Source: Candidatus Latescibacterota bacterium (lineage in GTDB: Bacteria > Latescibacterota > UBA2968 > UBA8231). Taken from it: 64,000 nucleotides of DNA. Under the pieces are notes generated by a model, which ran no database searches, was not told the origin of the DNA, and saw nothing but the letters and a program-made list of their open reading frames with translations. Of this stretch, positions 56,271 through 64,000 are shown piece after piece (position 1 is the first letter of the stretch; each line of letters starts with the position of its first letter). The stretch is taken from the NCBI GenBank assembly GCA_965242865.1, contig CBDETK010000013.1, positions 5,344,001-5,408,000 on the forward strand, read 5' to 3'. Both the position numbers and the translations under genes were made by a program.

Positions 56271-59135
56271 ATGCAAAAGAAAACTCCGAGTCGCCTCAGT
56301 GCTCGCCAGCAACGGGCCTTGCTGGTGGTGGTGGCCTTGGGCGTCTTTATGGTCGCCGATACGCTCTATTTGCTGACCAATCGGCTGGCCGACGCCCTCG
56401 ATTTTGCCTATTTCGCGGTCACCGCCATCTCGCTGCCCAAGTTTTACCAAGGCATGGTGCTGTCGCATACGGCCGTCGGGCTGGTGCTGGTGGTGGTGGC
56501 ACTGGGCTTTGTGGCTTGGCATTTACCGGCCGTTTGGCGCAAGAGCCGCAAGCGGGCCATCTACACGGGCATCGCCACCCTGACGCTGGGCGTCGTACTG
56601 GCCGTCAGCGGGCTGTTCATCCTCAGCGCGGCGAGCAACCGCGGCAACCCGGTGGCCTATTGGAGCCACGTGGTCGCGGCGGTTTTAGTCCCCCTCTTTT
56701 ACTTGGCGCACCGCCGCCTCTCCCTGTGGAAGCCGGCCGCGCGGACTTATCGCGTCGTGCCGGCCGCGGTGGTCGGGCTGCTCGCGCTCGCCGTGGTGCT
56801 CCACGGGTTGACCTATCGCGGCGAGCAGTACACGCCGGCGGCCGAGCAGGCTTTTGCCGCGGGCAAACACACCGGCCCGGGCGCCAAGGCGCGGCAGGTG
56901 GCCGACTACGCGCCAGCCGGCTTTATCCCCGCCAATTTCGTCCCGGCCGAAAGCCCCTTTTTCCCGGCCGCGACGACGACCACCACCGGCGACTTCTTGC
57001 CCTCGCGGATCATCACGCGCGGCGACCTTGCTCAGCCGGAGCAACTCGCCGGCGACCTCGACGACTATGGCTTTGTGGTCAACGCGCCCATTGGCTCGGA
57101 GACGTGCGCTCGCTGTCACGCGGCCATCGTCGAACAGTGGGCGACGTCCGCGCACCGCTTTGCCTCGTTCAACAACCCCTTCTACGAGGCCACGATCAAC
57201 CACTTGCGCCGCAACTCGACCGACAGCAATGCCGAGGTCGCGGCCCATATCGCCTATTACAAGGGCTTGGCGGGCGAGGAGGGCAAAGTCAAGTCCAAGT
57301 GGTGTTCGGGTTGCCACGATCCAGCGTTGATGCTGGCGGGCAAAATGACCGAAGAAATCGACCGCGCCTCCCCCCAAGCCCAAGCTGGCCTGACCTGCCT
57401 AAGCTGCCACGCCATCGACGCCATTCACGACCGGACCGGCAACGGCAACTACAACATCGCCGACGAGCAGGAAGATCCCTATCTGTTCGCCGAGGCCAAA
57501 GAAGGCGCGGGCCGTTTCTTGCACGACACCGCCCTGAAGGCGCGGCCCATCGTCCACAAGAAGCAGATGCTCAAGCCCTTCTTCCGCACCTCTGAGTTTT
57601 GCGCCACCTGCCACAAGGTCAGCCTCGACGCGCGCGTCAATGGCTACCGCTGGCTGCGCGGCCAAAACGAATACGACAACTGGCACGACAGCGGCGTGGC
57701 GCTCAACGCTTCAAGAACCTTCTACCTGCCGGCGGTCGAGCGAGTCTGCCAAGACTGCCACATGCCGCTGGAGGAAGCGGGCGCCGGCGACGTGTCGGCG
57801 CGGGATGGGTACGTCAAGTCGCACCGCTTTTTGGCGGTCAATACGGCCCTGCCTTACCTCCGCGGCGACCGGGAAACCATCGCGCGGATCGAGGAATTTC
57901 TGCAAGACGAAAAACTCAGCGTCGATGTGTTCGCGCTGCACCGCCAAGGCGCGGCGCACTACGCGCTGGACAAGAGCCAGCCCGCGTTGGTGCCCGGGGG
58001 TGAGTACGCATTCGACGTGGTGGTGCGCAACAAGGGCGTCGGGCACACCTTCCCGGGCGGGACCAACGATTCCAACGAGGGCTGGCTAGAGGTCTCGGTG
58101 GTGGGAGACGATGGCGCGGTGATCGCGTTGAGCGGGGCGGTGCAAGACGACGGGCACGTCGATCCAGCCGCGCACTTTTACAAGGCACTGATGGTCGATG
58201 CCAGCGGACGAGCCATTCACCGGCGCAACGCTCAAGACATTGTCACGGCCGTGTACGTCCGCACCATTGGCCCGGGCGCGGCCGATGTGGCCCACTACAG
58301 TTTTCGGGTGCCGGCCGACTACGCCGGACGCAAGCTGACGCTGCGAGCGCGGCTGTTGTGGCGCAAGTTCGACCGGGCTTATACGGAATTTGCCTTCAAC
58401 AGCAACCGCGCCGGGTTCGGCCGCTTCGACCAAGTGCCGGACTTGCCGGTAACCGAGATCGCCCGCAGCGAGGTGGAGCTGGCGGTGGGGGGGGCGTCCG
58501 CGCCCGGGGCGGCTGTTGCGGCGGACTGGACGCGCTTCAACGACTATGGCATTGGCTTGCTGCTCCAAGACGACACCCAAGGTGCGGCGCGAGCCTTTGC
58601 CACGGTGGAACAGCTCGCGCCCGAGCGGTTGGATGGCTGCCGCAACTTGGCGAGGGTTGCCGTGCGCGATGGCCACTTGGAGCGAGCCTACGAGCATTTG
58701 CAGGACTGCGAGGCGTTGGCGAGCGGCGACGGGCAGACGGCTTGGGTCTGGGGCGTGGTGTTGCAAGAGGACGGCCGCTACGAAGCCGCGGCGCAGGCGT
58801 ATCGCCGGGTGTTGCGCGACTTTCCCGCGGATCGGGCGGCGTGGCGCAACTTGGGCCGGGTGCTCTATCTCGATGGCCGCTACGAGGAGGCTTTGGAGGC
58901 GCTCAACCGCGTGCTGGCCATTGACCCGGAAGACCGCGTCGCGCACTACCACCAGATGCTTTCGCTGCGCGCCCTCGGCCGCGAGGACGAGGCCCTCGTG
59001 GCCGAGCAGGCGTACCAGTACTACCAGATCGACGAGTCAGCGCAAGAACTGACGCGCCGCTACCGGCTAGCACACCCACACGACAACCGCGAGGCCCTCA
59101 AAATCCACGTTCATCCGCTGGGGGAAGGGGGTTAG
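56271..59135 (+). CDS. Membrane-anchored multiheme c-type cytochrome with C-terminal TPRs
   Basis: About 5 N-terminal TM helices; five CxxCH motifs (CARCH, CSGCH, CLSCH, CATCH, CQDCH); GHTFPGG; TPR tail. Confidence 0.88.
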   Translation: MQKKTPSRLSARQQRALLVVVALGVFMVADTLYLLTNRLADALDFAYFAVTAISLPKFYQGMVLSHTAVGLVLVVVALGFVAWHLPAVWRKSRKRAIYTGIATLTLGVVLAVSGLFILSAASNRGNPVAYWSHVVAAVLVPLFYLAHRRLSLWKPAARTYRVVPAAVVGLLALAVVLHGLTYRGEQYTPAAEQAFAAGKHTGPGAKARQVADYAPAGFIPANFVPAESPFFPAATTTTTGDFLPSRIITRGDLAQPEQLAGDLDDYGFVVNAPIGSETCARCHAAIVEQWATSAHRFASFNNPFYEATINHLRRNSTDSNAEVAAHIAYYKGLAGEEGKVKSKWCSGCHDPALMLAGKMTEEIDRASPQAQAGLTCLSCHAIDAIHDRTGNGNYNIADEQEDPYLFAEAKEGAGRFLHDTALKARPIVHKKQMLKPFFRTSEFCATCHKVSLDARVNGYRWLRGQNEYDNWHDSGVALNASRTFYLPAVERVCQDCHMPLEEAGAGDVSARDGYVKSHRFLAVNTALPYLRGDRETIARIEEFLQDEKLSVDVFALHRQGAAHYALDKSQPALVPGGEYAFDVVVRNKGVGHTFPGGTNDSNEGWLEVSVVGDDGAVIALSGAVQDDGHVDPAAHFYKALMVDASGRAIHRRNAQDIVTAVYVRTIGPGAADVAHYSFRVPADYAGRKLTLRARLLWRKFDRAYTEFAFNSNRAGFGRFDQVPDLPVTEIARSEVELAVGGASAPGAAVAADWTRFNDYGIGLLLQDDTQGAARAFATVEQLAPERLDGCRNLARVAVRDGHLERAYEHLQDCEALASGDGQTAWVWGVVLQEDGRYEAAAQAYRRVLRDFPADRAAWRNLGRVLYLDGRYEEALEALNRVLAIDPEDRVAHYHQMLSLRALGREDEALVAEQAYQYYQIDESAQELTRRYRLAHPHDNREALKIHVHPLGEGG

Positions 59136-59143
59136 GCACGGGC

Positions 59144-59461
59144 TTACGAGGGCCAAAACCGCAAGACGATATTGAGTAGTGCTAAACCGGAAGTCATCAC
59201 TACAACCAGAATTTTGACGCTGCCCTTGAGCTCGGCCATCTCGGCCTGCAATCGCGCCATATCGTCCTTGAGGCCGCTCTCAACGTGCGCAATATCATCC
59301 TTGAGGCCGCTCTCAACGCGCGTAATCTCGGCCTGTAATCGCGCCATATCATCCTTTAAGACCGCTCTCAACTCAGCAAGGTCTGCTTTGGACGCGAGGT
59401 GATCGTACACGCCTTCGAGCCGAGCTAGACGCTCTTCAATCGTTGGGGGCACAGTAGCCAT
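59144..59461 (-). CDS. Small coiled-coil repeat protein with C-terminal TM helix (DUF1640/Bdr-like)
   Basis: LASKADL then LKDD repeats, hydrophobic tail; AGGAG RBS. Confidence 0.75.
   Translation of the reverse strand: MATVPPTIEERLARLEGVYDHLASKADLAELRAVLKDDMARLQAEITRVESGLKDDIAHVESGLKDDMARLQAEMAELKGSVKILVVVMTSGLALLNIVLRFWPS
59238..59372. repeat. Intragenic repeat with mixed 33- and 54-bp spacing
   Basis: ATATC(G/A)TCCTT..G.CCGCTCTCAAC occurs three times; ATCTCGGCCTG(C/T)AATCGCGCC twice, 87 bp apart. Confidence 0.75.
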
Positions 59462-59739
59462 CGTCGGTGCTCTCCTTTCGTTTGGGTTGGGGTGTACTTA
59501 TGAACATACAGGACGAGACTGAGCGGCGTCAATGAAAAATCTAGCGCAGTTTTAGAACCATCCAAAGGCAATAGTGAGAGGCGGGAAATTGAAGAGTCCA
59601 CCATCGTCAGGGAAATCAGACGGTATGGTAGCTTTTGGCCTCGGTTCTGCGTAAACTTAGTTGGAGGCTTGGCGAGTGCGGTCCTATTTACAGGATTCCT
59701 CGTGCTTTTAGATCAAAGCTCTAGATAGAAGAAAGTGGC

Positions 59740-61521
59740 TTGCTAAGGTCGTATTCTCGTAGTTTTTCGCTGACATTTTTTCGCGTGATCGGCGCGTTGC
59801 TGTGGATGGCCTGCGGCCCGGAAGAGCCTTCAGAACCAGCGCCGACGCCCGAGTACGCCAAAGCACCGGCGGCCGACTACGCGGTCGGGCGCGGGCCGCC
59901 TGCGGCCCCGGCCGTGCGCTTCGTCGATGTGACGCGAGAGGCCGGTCTCGAATTTGAGCACGAGACCGGGGCGCGCGGCGACAAGTGGATGCCCGAAACC
60001 ATGGGCAGCGGTTGCGCGCTCTTTGACTACGATGGCGACGGCTGGCTCGACGTGCTCTTGGTCAACAGCCAAGGCTGGGGCGGCGAAAAGACCCCGGGCA
60101 AGCTCTATCGCAACCTCGGCAACGGCACCTTTGCCGACGCAACGGCCGGCGCGGGTCTAGACTTTTCAGTCTATGGCATGGGCGCGACGATTGCTGATTA
60201 CGACGCCGATGGCGACCCGGACATTTACCTGACGGCCTTGGGGCCGAACTTGCTGTTGCGCAACGACGCAGGTCGCTTTGTCGATGTGGCGCGAGAAGCA
60301 GGCGTGGCTGGTGTGCGCTGGCGGGACGACGCCGGTCACGAGAATCCCGAGTGGTCCACGGGCGCGGCTTGGGTCGATGTGGATGGCGACGGCTGGCTGG
60401 ATTTGTTGGTCGCCAACTACGTGCGCTGGTCGATCAGCACCGACATCTATACCTCGCTCGACGGCCGAGAAAAATCCTACGCCACCCCCCAGCAGTACCC
60501 CGGCTCAACGCCGCGGCTCTATCGGAATCTGGGCGGGGGCCGCTTCCGGGAGATAACCCAAGAAGCCGGCCTGCTGTTGCCCGAGGGCAAGTCCATGGGC
60601 GTGGCCATGACCGATTTTGAAGACGACGGCCGCATCGACTTGGTCGTCACCAACGACACCCAGCCCAATTTCCTATTGCACAACCTAGGCGGAGGCCGCT
60701 TTGCGGAGCGGGGGTTGGCCGCGGGCATCGGCTACGACGAGACCGGCCGGGCGCGCGCGGGCATGGGCGTCGATATTGCCTCGGTGGCCAACGACGGCGT
60801 GCTCTCCATTGCCATTGGCAACTTCAGCCGCGAGGCGCTCTCGCTCTATAGCCAAGCTGGCCGCGAGGTCTTCGTCGATGCGGCCGGCCGAGCGCGGCTG
60901 ATGCAGGCGACCCTGCGGCCGCTGACCTTTGGGCTGCGCTTTTTCGACTACGATCTCGACGGGTATCAGGATCTGATCTTGGCCAATGGGCACATCGAGC
61001 CGGAGATCAACTCGACGCAGAAGGAGATCGAGTACCAGCAGGTCCCGCAGTTGTTTTGGAACGACGGCGACGGGCGAATGGTCGAGGTGTCCGAGCAGAC
61101 CGGCGGACCGTTCCGCAAGCCGCTGGTGGCGCGCGGGCTGGCGGTCGGCGATATCGACGCGGACCGCGACTTGGATGTGCTGCTGACGACCAATGGCGGT
61201 CCGGCCTATCTACTCCGCAACGAAGGGCCGACCGGCCGCGCGGTGGCACTCAACCTGACGGGCAAGGCACCCAACCGAGACGCCATCGGCGCCAAGGTGA
61301 CCGCGCAGGTGGGCGAGCAGGCGCAGGTGTTCATGGTGCGCACGGGGTCTTCCTATCTGAGCCACAGCCCTACTACCCTGACCGTGGGCTTGGGCGAGGC
61401 CGAGCAGATCGACCGCTTGGAGATTCGCTGGCCCGATGGGACGGTGGAATCCCTCGAACAACTAGCGGCTGGGACGCGCTACGAAATCGCGCAGGGCGAG
61501 GGCATTGTGGAGACGCGGTAA
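59740..61521 (+). CDS. CRTAC1-family protein (FG-GAP/VCBS repeats plus ASPIC/UnbV)
   Basis: Repeated DYDGDGWLD-type motifs, ETMGSG, N.DAIGAKV, SYLS, GLG, IRWPDG; start uncertain. Confidence 0.9.
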   Translation: MLRSYSRSFSLTFFRVIGALLWMACGPEEPSEPAPTPEYAKAPAADYAVGRGPPAAPAVRFVDVTREAGLEFEHETGARGDKWMPETMGSGCALFDYDGDGWLDVLLVNSQGWGGEKTPGKLYRNLGNGTFADATAGAGLDFSVYGMGATIADYDADGDPDIYLTALGPNLLLRNDAGRFVDVAREAGVAGVRWRDDAGHENPEWSTGAAWVDVDGDGWLDLLVANYVRWSISTDIYTSLDGREKSYATPQQYPGSTPRLYRNLGGGRFREITQEAGLLLPEGKSMGVAMTDFEDDGRIDLVVTNDTQPNFLLHNLGGGRFAERGLAAGIGYDETGRARAGMGVDIASVANDGVLSIAIGNFSREALSLYSQAGREVFVDAAGRARLMQATLRPLTFGLRFFDYDLDGYQDLILANGHIEPEINSTQKEIEYQQVPQLFWNDGDGRMVEVSEQTGGPFRKPLVARGLAVGDIDADRDLDVLLTTNGGPAYLLRNEGPTGRAVALNLTGKAPNRDAIGAKVTAQVGEQAQVFMVRTGSSYLSHSPTTLTVGLGEAEQIDRLEIRWPDGTVESLEQLAAGTRYEIAQGEGIVETR

Positions 61522-61545
61522 CACCCTATACTCCCGCAAAAGAAC

Positions 61546-61685
61546 GTCACCCTGTGTCCTGACACGGGGCGGGATCCACACCGGAACCCCGCCCGCTGGA
61601 CGCCCGCTTGCGCGGGCGTGACGGCAACCACTCGCCCGAGACAAGACGCGCATGGTTGCGCTTGCGCGGGCGTGACGGCAACCAC
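61546..61685. repeat. Cluster of REP-like palindromes
   Basis: Exact 27-bp direct repeat CGCTTGCGCGGGCGTGACGGCAACCAC at 61605-61631 and 61659-61685; hairpin ACGCCCGC-TTGC-GCGGGCGT; inverted variant at 61546-61578. Confidence 0.7.
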
Positions 61686-61707
61686 CGGCTGACGCGGAGG
61701 ACGACAA

Positions 61708-63303
61708 ATGCAACTGCGCGACGTGAATACTACCGACATCGGCGACGCCATCCGCTTGGGGTGTCAGGCCATGGGCCGGGCTTTTAACGCCGATGACGCC
61801 GACCTGCCCTACGGCGGAGCGCAGGTGCGGCCCCAAGCCTTTTTGGCCGGCAGCATGGAAGGGCATATCCCGGGGCGTCACTTGAACGCTTTGCTGGCGG
61901 CTGAAGACGCCGTGGGCTTGGACTTGGACGAAGCGGTGATCGACAAGCACGCCCGTGCGGCTTTTTTCTCGTACAGCCGAGCACCCCTGCCCTTGCAGCG
62001 CATCGGCCAACACGCCCACGGCAAAGGGGATCCCATTGAGCTGCAAGAGCACAATTTGCGCGAAGGCTTCCACGCCCTGTACGCCTTGGCCGCGTTTCGC
62101 GGGTCGGAGCGGGCCATGGAATTGGCCGCGGCGAGCATTGAGTTGCTCTTCGATTATTGGGTGCCCAACGAGCAATGGGATCGGGTGCGTCTCGCACGCG
62201 ACACGCCGGTGCGCCTCCGCGATGGCGGCGCGGCGACCTTTATCCAAGGACCGGCGCGCGCCATTGGGCCGCTGGTCAAATTGTACCAAGCCACCGGGCA
62301 CCGGCCGGCCTTGGAGTTGGCCGCTGTGCTCAAGGACAAGGCCGTGCGCGAGTTCTTGCTCGACGCCGGCACCACCGAGCACTTTGGCTTACACGTGCAT
62401 TCAATTACCTGCGTGTTGTCGTCGCTGGCTCAGCTCGCCGAATGCACCGGGGATGCCGGGCTGATGCAGCGGGTCAAGCGGTTCTACGATGGCGAGCTGT
62501 GGGACTTGCGCGATCAGATCGGCTGGTCCATTGAGGTCTCGACCCGACCCACGTCCTGTCGCCGAGGCGAGGCCAACAATACCGGCGATATTATCGAGAC
62601 CGCGCTCATCTTGGGGCGTTGGGGGCACCCCGAGTACTATGCCGATGCCGAGCGCATGTTGCGCAGCCATTTGCTGCCATCGCAGTTGCGCGATGTCTCG
62701 TTTATCGTCGAGCCGGATAATCCCGACGGGGTGGATGGCAAGTGTGCAGTGGCGCACCGGCTGCGCGGCGGCTTTGGCTTTCCAGCGCCCTACGGGCACG
62801 AGCCGCTGGGGATCTGGCAGTCGGACAAGCCGCGCATTGGCTTTAATACCGACATTGTCGGCGGGGCTGTCGGCTCACTCGTGGCCGCGTATCAGGCTGG
62901 GGTGCGTCGCGATGGAGCGGGGCATTGGGTCGATATGCTGTTCGACAGCGAGACCGATGCCTTGGCCGTGCAGTCGCCCTATACGCATTCGCGCCTAGCG
63001 GTTAAGGTCAAGCGGCCGGGGGCTTTGCATGTGCGGCTGCCGGCTTGGGTTGAGGTAGAGGGGGGGATGGGGCCACAAGAGGCACAAAGAGCACAAGGGT
63101 TGCCTTGGGTTGAGGAGGGGGGGTATGCGGTGATTGGGGAGCCGCCGGTAGGACGCTGGATCGGCTTTGCGCTCGACTTGCCCGTTCACGAGACGACCCT
63201 GACTTGGCGCGACAGTGTCATCCGCGCCCGCCTGCGCGGCGACGAGGTAGTCGCGATGGATAACTTTGGCACGGACCTGACCTTTTTCCCGCCGTTTGAT
63301 TGA
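61708..63303 (+). CDS. Hypothetical protein, possibly GH127/GH146-like (alpha/alpha)6-barrel glycosidase
   Basis: 531 aa, GGAGG RBS; HVHS, GEANNTGD, YYADAERMLR, SPY..LAV...LHVRLPAW pattern. Confidence 0.55.
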   Translation: MQLRDVNTTDIGDAIRLGCQAMGRAFNADDADLPYGGAQVRPQAFLAGSMEGHIPGRHLNALLAAEDAVGLDLDEAVIDKHARAAFFSYSRAPLPLQRIGQHAHGKGDPIELQEHNLREGFHALYALAAFRGSERAMELAAASIELLFDYWVPNEQWDRVRLARDTPVRLRDGGAATFIQGPARAIGPLVKLYQATGHRPALELAAVLKDKAVREFLLDAGTTEHFGLHVHSITCVLSSLAQLAECTGDAGLMQRVKRFYDGELWDLRDQIGWSIEVSTRPTSCRRGEANNTGDIIETALILGRWGHPEYYADAERMLRSHLLPSQLRDVSFIVEPDNPDGVDGKCAVAHRLRGGFGFPAPYGHEPLGIWQSDKPRIGFNTDIVGGAVGSLVAAYQAGVRRDGAGHWVDMLFDSETDALAVQSPYTHSRLAVKVKRPGALHVRLPAWVEVEGGMGPQEAQRAQGLPWVEEGGYAVIGEPPVGRWIGFALDLPVHETTLTWRDSVIRARLRGDEVVAMDNFGTDLTFFPPFD

Positions 63304-63320
63304 GCCGACCCCGGCCCTTG

Positions 63321-64000
63321 CTAGTCGGCTAATTCGCGGCCCCGGCGGTTGGCGATGGAGCGCGGCGTTAGGTCGAAGAGGGTTTCGTGCCCGTGGAAGA
63401 AGCGGTCGAGCTCATCGACCATGAGCTCAAAAAAGCGCGGGTAGCTCTGCTCGGTCACGCCGGCGATGTGCGGCGTGAGAAAGACGTTGTCGAGGTGGAG
63501 AATCTCCCGGTCGCCATACGCGTTGTCCGCGCCCACGTCCGGGTCGAACACGTCTAGACCGGCGACGATGTCGCCCCGCTTGAGCCGCCGCACCAGCGCG
63601 TCCGAATCAACCACTTTACCCCGCGACACATTGACGAACACCGCGCCCGGCCGAATGAGGTCTAGCTCCCGTTGCCCAATCATGCGCTCGGTGCGCGGGG
63701 TGTGCGGAGCTAGGCAGACGATGGCGTCGCACTGAGCCATGACGTTGTCCAACGAGGTTTTGAGGAAGCCGACCGCGTCGGCCATCTCCCGCGCCAAATA
63801 GGGATCGCACACCCACACTTGGGTTCGGAAGGGGCGCAAAAACTGGATCAGCCGCCGGCCAATGTGCCCGCAGCCGATCAGGCCGACTCGCTTCCCGGTC
63901 AGATCGCCGTGGATAAAGCCAAAGTCGTTGGGCGGACGGGGGCGCACATCGCCGGCGATGAGGCGGCGGAATTGGGCCCCGGCGTTGCGCAGGGCAATGA
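63321..64000 (-). CDS. D-isomer-specific 2-hydroxyacid dehydrogenase (5' end outside window)
   Basis: VGLIGCGHIG, DPY, VNVSRG, AGLDVF, LTPHIAG. Confidence 0.9.
   Translation of the reverse strand, partial: IALRNAGAQFRRLIAGDVRPRPPNDFGFIHGDLTGKRVGLIGCGHIGRRLIQFLRPFRTQVWVCDPYLAREMADAVGFLKTSLDNVMAQCDAIVCLAPHTPRTERMIGQRELDLIRPGAVFVNVSRGKVVDSDALVRRLKRGDIVAGLDVFDPDVGADNAYGDREILHLDNVFLTPHIAGVTEQSYPRFFELMVDELDRFFHGHETLFDLTPRSIANRRGRELAD

Noticed and set aside
59636-59650. Third sigma-54 site TGGCCTCGGTTCTGC upstream of the CRTAC1 gene
   Set aside because: Correct GG-N10-GC spacing but several mismatches; not distinguishable from chance
61605-61685. Mini CRISPR array
   Set aside because: Only two 27-bp copies, REP-like sequence, no cas genes

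Overview
GC-rich bacterial chromosome segment. The gene repertoire (FlgD-Ig/TPR/PPIase surface cluster, sulfatase, Gfo/Idh/MocA oxidoreductases, multiheme-TPR plus CRTAC1 pair, small toxin-antitoxin pairs) suggests, by inference only, a Latescibacterota/Poribacteria-like lineage. Core functions: sucA-sucB-lpdA, large-type purL, a selenocysteine-containing NAD-linked formate dehydrogenase (in-frame TGA plus SECIS, split in the ORF track), bacA, an acetate kinase, a sugar ABC transporter, flotillin/NfeD, Hsp20 and two polysaccharide genes. Accessory elements: an AT-richer type II-like R-M pair (7968-10557), two TA pairs plus a TA scar, an IS5 element with TIRs plus an IS5 remnant, and REP-like palindromes. 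A defence island (49664-55393) holds a Septu/PtuAB-like ATPase-HNH pair and a collapsed DUF499/DUF1156-type system. Within that collapsed system sits an intact, tightly coupled three-gene cassette (unknown, putative OB-fold, MBL hydrolase), the best candidate for an undescribed system. A near-identical 25-bp sigma-54 promoter occurs twice: before hsp20, and pointing antisense into sucB with no annotated gene behind it. No CRISPR array, rRNA, tRNA or reverse transcriptase was seen. All family assignments come from motif recognition by eye, not database searches.
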